Shown here: positions 49,863 through 62,314 of the stretch, in pieces | Numbering within the stretch: the stretch's first letter is position 1 | How the letters are laid out: each line of letters starts with the position of its first letter | Origin: Dendrobates tinctorius | Lineage: Eukaryota | Length of the DNA stretch: 64,000 bases | Direction: 5' to 3' | NCBI RefSeq assembly: GCF_039654945.1 | Contig: NW_027361869.1 | Coordinates: 1,302,001 to 1,366,000, forward strand | Notes under the pieces: generated by a model | What the model was told of the DNA's origin: nothing | What the model saw: only the letters and a program-made list of their open reading frames with translations | Database searches by the model: none | Made by a program: the position numbers and the translations under genes

Positions 49863-50278
49863 CTCCCTCAAATGATGTCCTTCTCATAAACCTGCGCTTC
49901 AGCAACATTACCGGCCTGGTTTAAAAAAAAAATGTCCGCATTACAGGAGCCATTTTATTGCAGATTTACATGATTTGTCAATGACTTTAGTCTTCAACAA
50001 AATGGCGTCTACAGCAACTACAGTCGGTGGACACTTATAACATCCTGTCCACACTCTCTAAAGTATGTTCAGCGCTCTGGAAGAAATCGGAAGCTGATAC
50101 CACGTGACTAATTACGTCATACCTACTTGTGGCCCGTACATTCTAGCATCTGCCTTGTCTCTATGGTATTAGCTATTCTTCCGCTTCTGGTTAGGCCTAC
50201 GGTTGCCGAAGAGGACCAAAAACTTGTGATTGTGAGTTTCCCGGCAGCACTAGCGCTGGCGACTTGTACACAATCATC
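49863..50278. promoter_or_regulatory. Bidirectional promoter between EARS2 and UBFD1
   Basis: The divergent ATGs are only ~416 bp apart. YY1 motif CAAAATGGCG (~49998), ETS CGGAAG (~50088) and CTTCCG (~50178), E-box CACGTGAC (50101), CRE-like TACGTCA (~50113). Confidence 0.75.
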
Positions 50279-53200
50279 ATGGCGTCCCAGGACGGTTAGT
50301 ACCGGCTCCCTCGAGGGCAGAGCAGTGTGTTCTCCTACTCCGTGCAGTCCGGAGATTTGCGGCTGTTTGGTCCCCTGTCCCTTAGCCTGTTGTGCCAGCT
50401 GCCATAGCCATTCCCTGCTGTGGTGCCCCTGCTGCCTGCCCGGCATGCCCTCCTTCATAGGAGCATGTCCTAACTCTGTGCCCAGCTCATGTGCCATCTG
50501 TCAGCCCTGTGTGCCTGCTGTGCCTCCCCTGGCCCTCCTAGTGCCATATGCCAGCCATAGCCACCCATTGTGTGCCATGTGGTGGCACAGCTGCCATGTG
50601 TGCCCTCTGCACCGTGCAGTACTGGGCAGCGCCATGCCCTGTGCCTGAGGTCACCGTCACCCCCAGGGTGCCTGCTGCTCACAACTTGCACTTTGCCACA
50701 ACTTTTCTTGTAATTTTGAGTAAAACCAGTTGCATAAATGTTTCTCCACCTGATGGCGGAGGTGGCACGTCCCCTAGGGGGCCGCTGTATTATGCCCCAC
50801 ACCCATTATAGACATCACTCGTGTCGCCCTCCTGCGAGCAATCGTAGTATGACAGAGCTCACCTCAGTGCCAAACGATCCTCGTCGTGCCACGTGCGTCC
50901 CTGCCACGCGTGGGTATAGTTCAGATCCTCTTTATAGGGGAACTTGTCCGATCTTCCCGGTGTGGAGAGATTAGACTGTATGTTTAGCACTCGGGCCAGT
51001 GAGGCAGCTGTTTGCCTCCCCAGTGGGTATTGTTCATGAAACCTATTATTAATGCACCCTGTGATTGATACCCACCGGGCTTCGATCAGTTGGCGTCTCT
51101 AGGAGAGTATGCCTTGTAGAGCTGAGCAACTCCACTTGCGCTACCCTGGACCAGGGTCCAGTCTGCATCTTCATGGCAATCTGAGGCGCCCAGATTACAA
51201 GGCATAAAAGTGAAGACCTTATGTCATAGAGGAGCGGACCAGGGCAGCAAAAATGGGATTAATGCCTGGACAACCTCTGACGTAATAGAAAACTTCTGAA
51301 AATGCTTCAGAGCAGTAGTTTCAAAGTTGTGACTCTCCAGCTGTTGCAAAAATTACAACACCCAGCATGTAGCTATCATGGCATGCTGGGGGTTGTTGTT
51401 TTGCAATGATAGGAATGACTGGTTTGAGCATACTGGGGGTTGTAGTTTTGCAATAGGGGGCTGTATGGACATGCTGGGGCTTGAAGTTTTGCAATGGCAG
51501 GTTATCGGGGCATGCTGGGGCTTGTAAATTTGCAATGCTAGGTTGTCGGGGCATGCTGGGGGTTGTAGTTTTTCAACAACTAAAACACCAATGGCTGGTC
51601 ACCAATGCCATGGAAACTCAGCAGAAGTTCCTTTCACCAATTATTAGAACGAAGGAGTACTAATACTATTGTCAGCCCAGCTTCCCTTCGCCTGCCCTTG
51701 GCCTCTGTTATTACAGTCTGACCCATGCTCATCTCTCTAGCATGAAGCCAGCAGAAGAGTTGCCCTTGGTATCACATTAAAGTCCTTTTTAACAAAAGTT
51801 AGGCGGTGCCTCCACAAATAGGATCTTCAAATGTAGGAAAACTGGTTGTTTTTTTTTGCTTTTTTTTTAACGTTATGTCGCAAGTTCTCTAAAATAGATG
51901 CTCCCAATAATAGGATCCCGTTAATACAGGCGTGTCGAGAAGAGGCTGTGATTCTCCTGCTACGATCACCGCACATGTTACAGCTCGCCTGATAATTCTT
52001 TGGTCCTTTTATACTTTATATCTCGTGGCATGAGACCTAATGTGTTGTTCAACAGACAATTTCTAGAACCGCATCTATTGGGAAATCCTCTGACATTAAT
52101 ACCGCCATATCATTCACCTTTGAAAGTGTACATATAAGACGTCTACCGTGATAATACTTTGTAGCAGGCAGTGAGCTCGTTTGCCCCTAGCGTAAGCTCA
52201 GCAATGTCTACCGGGACCCGTTACATTTTATTCTGCTGACGCGATCATCCGACTCGTGTGGAATGATCTGTTTTGTGTGTGGCTGAACTAACCCGCTCTC
52301 GTCCCTGTCCCCTATAGAAGTGGAAGAGTTAGGAATGGAGGCGGATGGACAGAAGGCACAGCTTAGCTGTGAAGAAGGTGCAGATGGTGATCCTCAGGGC
52401 TCTCGGGACTGCAGCTCCGCACAACTGGAAGAGGATGGCGCCTTCAGTAATGGAGGGGACTCTGAGTCCGATAAAGAGCTTGTAGAGTTTAAGATTATTT
52501 GGAATAAGAACAAGTACGACGTAAAGCTTCCATTGGACAGTACAGGAGCAAGCCTTAAACAGAAGATTCATACACTCACAGGTAATTCCTCCAACAATTA
52601 ACTATTTAAAGGGCAACTGTGGTTGACCCTTTAAAGGTGAACTCTGGGTGGGGGGACAGATTTAGTAAGCATTGGCCCAAGAGCGTTATGTCTGCCTTAT
52701 AAATCCAAAGCTCTGGCATACACATTCTGATCAATTTCTTGTGGATCCGCATATGACACGCTTGCTTACTGTGTGTATGAATATCGTCAGCAGTTCAAGG
52801 GTTTGTCCATTTTGAGAAAAAATTTTCTTGCAGGCAAATAATGCTTTAAAATTTCAAAATGAACCTTACTTGCCTGTCATACCCCTTCCTGCTCCAGAGC
52901 TGCCTTACCGCCACTACTCACTGGTCTGTTTCATGTGACATCCTGTTCCCTGGCTTTGTCGGTCATGTCGTGGCAGATTGAGGACCATGATTGAGACAGT
53001 CCTATAAACCAGTGGGGAGGGACAGATATGTGGCCCTGCAGCGGCGAGGGATCCACATGTAAGTAACTCTGTTTCTGTTATTTGTAAGCATCACATACCT
53101 AGCCATCATTTTTTTTTCTTTTTCTAAAAATGGACAAACCCTTTATGGTCAGGAAAGACTGAATTAGGACTTTTGAGGTGAAGCCATTAAATCAGAGACT

Positions 53201-56200
53201 GGTGTGTAACCAGGGAAGAATTTATCCAGGATGGGTAAGGCGACGCAGAGCATTGTAAGGCTGTTTTGTAAAAAAAAAATATGCAATGAGGTTGGATAAC
53301 CCCTTTTTAAGACCTCCCTGACCAAATGTTTGCACCATAGAACACAACACAAAATATTAAAAACCTGTATGTCCGTGTTCCCTTCAGGTCTTCCACCAGC
53401 TATGCAGAAAGTTATGTTTAAAGGGCTGCTTCCCGAGGACAAAACACTACGGGAAATCAAAGTTACCAATGGAGCAAAAGTCATGGTAGTAGGTTCCACC
53501 ATCAATGACGTACTGGCTGTTACGACCCCCAAAGAGACCATCCAGCAAGAGGTGAAGGAGGAGGAAAACAAGAAGGAGCCATTGTGCCGGCAGAAGGTAA
53601 TGATACAAGTCTGGTGGTTCATAGCCAACTCTCACCAGACAGAGGCCAAACTAGTGTTCTCTTGGCTTCCATCTGACCGATGTGTTACTCTACTATTCTC
53701 GTATACAGTGGGCCATAGCAAAAAAAAAAAAACTATGCCGTCCAGTGTAGAATTCTTAATTCATTTTCTTTTTTTTTTCTTTTTTTATTGCAATGTTTAC
53801 TTATTTGTGTTTTGCATTTCTTCTTTTCTTACTACTTTTTGTTTTATATTTTTAAGCAACACAGAAAGGTACTGGACAAGGGCAAACCGGAAGATATCAT
53901 GCCATCAGTGAAAGGCGTGCAGGTATGAATCCTCTTATTCTGGTGAGCTGTGAAACCCGGCATAGGCTGGCATGATCCAGCAGGGGTGTTGTCTACCTAG
54001 GACCCCACCTTTGAGACAGAGCCGAGGGGACGCTCTGCTGAGCTATAGTCTTTCTTGTGTTACATAGTTATCTAAATGGCCACCATGTAACACCATAAGC
54101 TTTATGCAGTGGCTACAGCCTAGAAGGTGTTTAGCTGGCTCTATCGTTTCCTGGTAAGCCTGGAAGCCTATCCGAGGTGGTTACTTGATTGTCCTGATGG
54201 TGCCTTCTAGAACACTTTGGCTTTGATGTTGCTATTGAGACGTGAGCGGTGCAGGTGAGATATTTAAGATAGGATACCGGTGTCTCAATAGGTGTGGGGG
54301 GGGTTATAATGTCATCGGCCTCATTCATCTCCGATGAGGAAGCGAACGGCACTGGCTAATCCGTTTAATAAGCCGAGACGTCACAGGCAGGTGTGCCATG
54401 ACCACTTCTGCTGCTACTGTATGAGCCCTCTCCACAACACTCACTCCATTGCTGACATACAAGGGGTTAAAATGTATAACTGGGGATTTTGGTGAATTAG
54501 TGGTCAAGGCTAGTAAACATCGACCTGAAATAAATGGGTGATGCCAGCTGAACCATCAAAATTAGGCTCTTCATAATGGTCTTGGTGGAAGAACAGGTGT
54601 ATCATCCCAAAGACCACAAATTCTTCAAAATTTAGCACTAGCTTTCCTCTTTAAATAAGCTCCATTTACTAATCTGATGTTGCTCTTGCTATTACTATAG
54701 AAGTGGGTGCCGACTGTTGCTTTCCTGGCTTCATGTACTACTCTGCCTATGCCTGTAGCCCTGTCACTTTCTGCCACATGATCTCCCGAAGAGACACCAG
54801 TAGAGAGACAAATCATCTCAAGCCATAAAACACAAATATAAGGTCATGCACCCTATTCCAGAAGGAGCCCAAGTATGAGCCCTCCGAAAAGAAGACCAGC
54901 TTCTTCCAACTGGCATCCAGGGCAGATAGTTGGACCTAAGGCCCCTTACACATTAAATGGCTGTTGGCTGAACGAAGCATTCGTCTGATGGTCATTTCAG
55001 CCAATTACCATACACTGGAACGCTGTCTCGGCCACTCCTTTGTTCGCTGAGAGAGAGCCGCTGACTTACTCTTCGTCTGACTACTCCTCTCCTTGAGAAT
55101 AATATGATCGGGAGTCCAAAATCGGATCTGCGCCATCAACGTCTCTCCTGACCATCGGTCACCCGGCGTCCCCACACACAGTAAAGTTCAATTATTTTTA
55201 TTAAATTGCAGCATAAATGACACCTGCTAGAAATACAAGCAATACATCCACCGACAAGTCCATCAGGATGACTAAGGATGTACCAGGATTTTTATAAAGC
55301 AAGTGTTGATAAATAAGAGATAAAGGTTAGAAAGTAGAGATGTTGGCCCTTCCTTACCGTCTTGCATTGGTTTGGTTATCTAGCCAAGATAGGAATTTTT
55401 CATATTACTTAAGCAGAAACCAAAGAGTTCCATGTTCTGAAGATCGGCTCAGTCTTGTGGTGGTCCCAGACAAGGAGCTCCTCCATCCTAAACATGTCCA
55501 GGAAGGTATCTAGCCACTCCATGAGTGGGAATCTGTGAGGTCTTCCAATGGCATGGGATAACTAAACGCATGAGGCCTCTGAGAGGGAAAGAGAACCGTG
55601 GGGATAGTTTTGAGAGTTGATAGTGTAGGAACCAAGCTCTCTTGGCTTTTCTCCTTGATAAACCTTCAAGGGGCATCACCCTACCTTCCTACATAAAGTG
55701 CCTGAATATTGGAGCCTCTAATTCTGATAAACCCAGAATGTGCGACCATCCCATTCTATAAGAGAAAGTCGGGTTATTTAAAAACCGGATTATGAGTGCT
55801 AGGGTTAGAAGATAAACCTAAAAGGGCTGAATGCCTGTTCCAGAACCTCAGCACTGTGGAGGCAATTGGGAGAGAAGATGGTATTGATGGTATTGGAGGC
55901 CGCTGTAAAGGGGTCAACCAAAGTAGACCCCTGTAAGGTTTCCATTTCAAGGGTCACCCATTGTTTGTTTGTTTTTTTTTTGTGTGTGTGAAGAAACCAA
56001 TTAAGAACGTTTGTCAGTAGGGTCACCCTGTAGTAGTTCCCCGTAAACATCAGACTGCCGGCCAAGACCATCGATATCGGCAGATGTGTTTTACCCCAAG
56101 AGACGACCTGTTACCTGGTGTGGAAGAACACCGAGTAGGAGATATTTAGGCATCACTTTAGGTCTTGATGTCGCAGTCTCTCTTTCTGACCTTCAGTGAA

Positions 56201-59200
56201 ATAAATCAGGAAGCGAGACCCTTTATTTCCATCATGGCGAAGTCTGTCATGTCTTAGTAACGTCTCCGTCTTGCTGATGACGTTTTATAGTGAGGAGATG
56301 TCTGAGAGAGGTCCTCTGGGGGTGGTAGGTGACATGGGTGCCCTATTAGCAAGTAGAGACTCAAAGAAATTACCAGCTTCACCTTATTGCTGGTCCTAAC
56401 GGGTCGTAAATGACAGCAATGAGGGTAGGCACACGTCATAGTAATGATCAGCAGCAGGTTGTCGGATAATTTCAGGACTTATTGCAGAAGATTATGCGTG
56501 TAGTTGAATCATTTTTTTTTTTAGCCTCCCCCTTTTCTGAATCCAGACATTAATTTTTCTCAAGTTGAGGGTACTCTATTAGATTTAAAGCCTTAAAGGG
56601 GTTTGTCCAATGAAAGCAAGTTATCACCTACCCATTGGCTAGCTGATGATTGGAGGGGTCCGAGCACTGGGACCCACACCAGTTACAGAATGGAGTGGCA
56701 GTGTGCCCCATAGAGGATGATCAGAGCGGCGGTCAGGTATACGCACGGCTGAGCCATCCTGTAACTGGGATAAAAATTCCCTGTCACAGAATGGAGATGC
56801 AGGTCACTGCTCCAATCATTCTCTATGGGGCTGTTAGGGGAAAAAAATGAGTGCACTGCCACTCCATTCTGTAACCAAAATAAAAGTGCTTCATCCTGAC
56901 AATCTCTGAGACTTTCAGGAGTCAGACCCCCACCAATCAACAAGTTAGGCCCCTTTTAAGATCTTAAATTTGGAGCAAGGCCCCTTTTTAAATATTGTTT
57001 CAATGCAACTAATGGAAATATTTCATCCTATATATACAGCCGATATGGAAGCCCAGAAAAATTTGGACTTTTTTTTTTGTCTTTTTTTTTTTTTCTTTCT
57101 CTTTCCTTCTTCATAAACAGTGCCTGCCACTCTGGTCTGTGACTGGTATTACAGATCATTCAGTGAAACCTTAAGTGGCGGGAATTTATTTACTACCGTT
57201 TGTCTTCTATTACAGGAGAGACTTCCAACTACTCCTATATCTGGTATGTACAATAAATCAGGAGGGAAAGTCAGACTGACATTTAAACTGGAGCAAGACC
57301 AGCTATGGATCGGTACAAAAGGCAAGTAATGCGTGTACACAGTGACTGCGCCAGCAGAATAGTGAGTGCAGCTCTGGAGTATAATACAGGATGTAACTCA
57401 GGATCAGGAATGTGATGTATGTACACAGTGACTTCACCAGCAAAATAGTGAGTGCAGCTCTGGGGTATAATACAGGATGTAACTCAGGATCAGGAATGTA
57501 ATGTATGTACACAGTGACTGCACCAGCAGAATAGTGAGTGCAGCTCTGGAGTATAATACAGGATGTAACTCAGGATCAGGAATGTGATGTATGTACACAG
57601 TGACTTCACCAGCAGAATAGTGAGTGCAGCTCTGGGGTATAATACAGGATGTAACTCAGGATCAGGAATGTAATGTATGTACACAGTGACTGCGCCAGCA
57701 GAATAGTGAGTGCAGCTCTGAAGTATAATACAGGATGTAACTCAGGATCAGTAATGTAAGTATGTACACAGTGACTGCACCAGCAGAATAGTGAGTGCAG
57801 CTCTGGGGTATAATACAGGATGTAACTCAGGATCAGGAATGTAATGTATGTACACAGTGACTGCGCCAGCAGAATAGTGAGTGCAGCTCTGAAGTATAAT
57901 ACAGGATGTAACTCAGGATCAGTAATGTAAGTATGTACACAGTGACTGCACCAGCAGAATAGTGAGTGCAGCTCTGGGGTATAATACAGGATGTAACTCA
58001 GGATCAGGAATGTAATGTATGTACACAGTGACTGCACCAGCAGAATAGTAAGTGCAGCTCTGGAGTATAATACAGGAGGTAACTCGGGATCAGGAATGTA
58101 ATGTATGTACACAGTGACTGCACCAGCAGAATAGTGAGTGCAGCTCTGGGGTATAATACAGGATGTAACTCAGGATCAGTAATGTATGTACATAATGACT
58201 GCACCAGCAGAATAGTGAGTGCAGCTCTGGGGTATAATACAGGATGTAACCCAGGATCAGTAATGTAATGTATGTACACAGTGACTGCACCAGCAGAATA
58301 GTGAGGGCAGCTCTGGGGGATAATACAGGATGTAACTCAGGATCAGTAATGTAATGTATGTACACAATGACTGCACCAGCAGAATAGTGAGGGCAGCTCT
58401 CGAGTATAATACAGGATGTAACTCAGGATCAGTAATGTATGTACACAGTTACTGCACCAGCAGAATAGTGAGCGCAGCTCTGGAGTATAATACAGGATGT
58501 AACTCAGGATCAGTAATGTGTGTATACAGTGACTGCACCAGCAGAATAGTGAGTGCAGCTCTGGGGTATAATACAAGATGTAACCCAGGATCAGTAATGT
58601 GATGTATGTACACAGTGACTGCACCAGCAGAATAGTGAGTGCAGCTCTGGAGTATAATACAGAAGGTAACTCAGGATCAGTAATGTAATGTATGTACACA
58701 GTGACTGCACCAGCAGAATAGTGAGTGCAGCTCTGGAGTATAATACAGAAGGTAACTCAGGATCAGTAATGTATGCACACAGTGACTGCACCAGCAGAAT
58801 AGTGAGTGCAGCTCTGGAGTATAATACAGGATGTAACTCAGGATCAATAATGTAATGTATGTACACAGTGACTGCACCAGCAGAATAGTGAGTGCAGCTC
58901 TGGGGTATAAAACAGGATGTAACTCAGGATACTTAAAGTATGCACAAAGTAACTCCATTCTTTATCCATGTAAAAAAATTATGATGATTTATTTTTTTTT
59001 ATTCAGAAAGAACAGAAAAAATCCCCATGGGTTCTATTAAAAATGTAATCTCCGAGCCAATTGAAGACCATGATGACTATCGTATGATGGTAAGGGGCCT
59101 TTCTTTCCGCTTTAGGTAACATTCACGTTATAGAGCTAATTGCATCTCTAAAGGCCCCGTCACACTAAGCGACTCACCAGCGATCCCGACACCGATATGA

Positions 59201-61208
59201 AGGTGTCAGGATCGCTAGTAAGTCGCTATGTGATCGCTGGTGAGCTGTCACACAGACAGCTTCACCAGCGATCAGCACAGCGATGCCGAGCGCCCGGCAT
59301 CGCTGGCTATCGCTGTAGAAAATAGTATCAAAATAAAAAATATAGTTATTCTCACCTTCCGACGTCCCGTTCAGCCATCCTGCCTCTCTCCACGCTCCGG
59401 TCCCAGTGATCCTTTGCATGAATGACCGCGAGATGTCACGGTCTCGCGGGATAACAAAGTCTCGTGGTCATTCATGCAAAGGATCACTGGGACCGGAGCG
59501 TGGAGAGAGGCAGGATGGCTGAACGGGACATCGGAAGGTGAGAATAACTATATTTTTTATTTTTTTTATTATTTTTTTACTCCTGATCGCTGGTCTCCCG
59601 CTGTCACACACAGCGATGCGTGCTGGCCAGCGGGAGACCAGCGACCAAAGAAATGTCCAGAGGTTTCTTGCAGCGATCAGCGATACCGGCAGGGGGGCCG
59701 CTCGCTGATCGCTGTCACACACAGCGATCTCGCTGGTGAGATCGCTGTTACGTCACTAAAGTTGTGACTCAGCAGCGATCTCGCTACCGAGATTGCTTAG
59801 TGAGACGGGGCCTTTAAAGGGACATTCCAGTATAAATAAATAATCGTCTAACCGCTGGATAAGTATGGATTGATATAGGTGTCCATTTGGCTGGATTACT
59901 TAAAGGGAATCTGTCACCCTTTTTTGGCTTTGCAGCTGCTGGCATAGACATCGGGGGCTTATCTACAGCATTCTGTAATGCATTCTGTAATGCTGTAGAT
60001 AAGCCTCCGATGTAACCTGAAAGAGAAGAAAAATACGTTATATTATACTCACCGAGGTGGGCGGTCCGGTCCGATGGGTGTTGCGGTCCGGTCTGACGCC
60101 TCCCTTCTTCATGCGATGACGTCCTCCTCTTCCCATCCTGTAAAGGCTCCGGCGCAAGCGCACTGCTCTGCCCTGTTGAGGGCAGAGCAGAGTCCTGCAG
60201 TGCGCAGGCGCCGGGAGAGGTCTGGCGCCTGCGCACTGCAGAATTCTGTTCTGCCCTCAACAGGGCAGAGCAATGCGCCGGAGCCATTTCAGTACAGGAG
60301 AAGAGGATGTCATCGCATGAAGAAGGGAGGTGGAGGTACCGGACCGCAACGCCCATCGGACCGGACCACCCACCTCGGTGAGTATAATATAACGTGTTTT
60401 TCTTATCTTTCAGGTTACATCGGAGGCTTATCTACAGCATTACAGAATGCATTACAGAACGCTGTAGATAAGCCCCCGATGTCTATGCCAGCAGCTAATA
60501 GGGGATAAAAAGGGTGACAGATTCGCTTTAAAGGCGTATTCCCATCTCCATAATCCTATCCCAATATGTAATAGGTGTAATAATTATATTAGGAAATGCC
60601 TCTAATTAGAAATGTAGTATAGTTCTTTTGATTCACTTTGTCGCCTACCCCATGTGCAGGCATCGCAGTAGCTTAGGTATCCATGATTAAAGGGAATCTG
60701 TCACCCCTTTTTTTGAGATATCATTTAATGATATCATTCAATTGGGTGTCACATAAGGATTCTCTTAGTACTTTTGCTTCCCCCTGACCCCGCACCTTTC
60801 ATGCATAGATACCTTTTTTTTATATCGGTTCAGATGTATGTAAACTGCTGCTGTCCGGTCCGCTGGGCGGAGCTTATTCACCTTATGTGACACAATTGAA
60901 TGATATCATTATATGATATCTCAAAAAAGGGGTGACAGATTCCCTTTAAGGGCCACTAATAACTGTCACTATATGATTGGTTGTAACCATGGATGCATAA
61001 GATACGGCAATGCCCTGCTCAAGGGATAAGCTGCATAGCTAATCAGAAGAACTATACTACATTTCTATCCCACTAAATACTATTTTCTTGTTGACAGGCA
61101 TTTCAGCTGGGTCCTACTGAAGCATCTTACTACTGGGTATACTGGGTGCCAGTACAGTACGTGGATGCCATCAAGGACACGGTGTTGGGGAAATGGCAGT
61201 ATTTTTGA
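50279..61208 (+). CDS. UBFD1: Ubiquitin domain-containing protein UBFD1, 7 exons, ~284 aa
   Basis: Exons: 50279-50294 (inferred, MASQD), 52318-52581, 53388-53596, 53857-53922, 57216-57321, 59007-59089, 61098-61208; total 855 nt. KIIWNKNKYDVK..LKQKIHTLTGLPPAMQKVMFKGL; HRKVLDKGKPED; GKVRLTFKLEQDQLWIGTKERTEK; FQLGPTEASYYWVYWVP..VLGKWQYF*. AATAAA at 61513. Confidence 0.95.
51340..51580. repeat. Short degenerate tandem repeat (catgctgggggttgtagttttgcaa)
   Basis: About five copies at ~40-50-bp spacing plus one inverted copy, in UBFD1 intron 1. Confidence 0.7.
54100..56500 (-). mobile_element. Old, fragmented L1/Tx1-like LINE remnants in UBFD1 intron 4
   Basis: Minus-strand peptide GLMRLVIPCHWKTSQIPT resembles the L1 ORF2 C-terminus; an A-rich tail-like end lies at ~55190-55205. 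A MITE-like piece interrupts at ~54938-55185. Confidence 0.35.
56594..56960. mobile_element. Palindromic TTAA-flanked MITE
   Basis: TTAA-aggggtt.. / ..ccctt-TTAA; internal inverted repeat gttacagaatggagtggcagtg / cactgccactccattctgtaac. Confidence 0.65.
57326..58930 (+). repeat. 81-86-bp satellite array, ~19 copies, filling UBFD1 intron 5
   Basis: Same unit as 30590-31775. Confidence 0.97.
59153..59812. mobile_element. PIF/Harbinger-type MITE with a ~100-bp-arm internal hairpin
   Basis: TIR ggccccgtcacactaagc / gcttagtgagacggggcc; near-perfect inverted arms at ~59330-59432 and ~59460-59563. Confidence 0.85.
59904..60527. mobile_element. Fully palindromic T2/Kolobok-like MITE
   Basis: TTAA TSD; agggaatctgtcaccc / gggtgacagattcgct; the two halves are near reverse complements. 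Confidence 0.85.
60691..60945. mobile_element. T2/Kolobok-like MITE nested in the centre of another palindromic MITE (~60532-61067)
   Basis: TTAA TSD; perfect TIR agggaatctgtcacccctttttt. Host arms tagaaatgtagtatagttctt / aagaactatactacatttcta. Confidence 0.85.
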
Positions 61209-62314
61209 AGTTACGCTCACCTCTGGCACAGGACACGATACGATGGGAGGAGCCGACCCACCGCCACAACCTTTTTCTCACACCCCGCATCCCCGACAAC
61301 ACCAGTACCCCAACCCTGCAATCCAATCCTTTTCTCCACTGCTCCACAGAAACTTACAGGAGTGGAACTTTTGCCAATGCAAAACATCCTGTGGGACAGC
61401 GAAGGCTTATTTTATAGGAGCCAGAGGTGACCGATCCAACAATAGTTTACATTTTTAACTCTTGGACGTTGCGGGATCACTCCTGCAGCTGCATCAGCCA
61501 TATATCCAACTCAATAAAGCAATCCCCTCATTATTTTTTTTTTGATACCCCCCTGGTAGTGCTAGGGAGACCTATAGGGAACCCCAACATATAGGCCTTC
61601 TTGAGCAGCCTCCAGGGCGTATTGGATAATCTGATGCCGACATCCTGGCAAAGCTTGGGACACTGCCACCTGCAGATGCCGCATCATCGTTGCATGCAGG
61701 TTCCCCTTAGAGGAAACCCAACTGATCGCTAGGAAGACCCTCATAAAGTGCGGCAAACATTTCTATTCATTCTCTTTATATTTAGTACCTGCCACCACTG
61801 CAATGGGGGGGATATCAACCGGCTTAATTGTTTTGTTTTTGTTTTTTTTTTTCTCTTTCTGGGTTTCTTAATATAGAAAATAATAATTAAACGGATGCAG
61901 GATAGGCTGCACTGTAAAAGAAAAAAAAAAAGTGTTTGTCAATGTGTAACTGTGCAGTATATTGTGTGCGTCGGGTATGGAGGATCTTCTACAGACCCCT
62001 CTAAAAGCTTAAAGGGAATGTGTCATCAGAAAATGACTATTTCATTCAGGCTTCACGTTAGGGGGCTTGACCACTTTTGGAAAATCCCAGTCCCTAGCTG
62101 CAGTTTGTTACTTTATAAAAAAAAATAAATAAATAATCTCAATAATAATAATGCACCTTGCTCACACTTCCTGGGCTTTGCACTGATTTTTTTTTTTTTC
62201 CCCACCACTGCTCAAGGTATTTGACATTGGCTGCAGTGCTTAAGTCAGATTACAGTTCTGCAGGCAATCCCTGAGCGAGGCGTACCGGCTACAATGGCAC
62301 AGCCACTGCAATCA

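Noticed and set aside
50002-50040. ATGGCGTCT.. as the UBFD1 start
   Set aside because: Reaches a stop after 12 codons and has no good donor; better read as a YY1 motif. The ATG at 50279 gives a phase-compatible exon.
50123-50648. 173-aa Cys-rich ORF with a signal-peptide-like start
   Set aside because: No ATG start; it overlaps UBFD1 exon 1/intron 1; the Cys content comes from TGTGCC low-complexity repeats.
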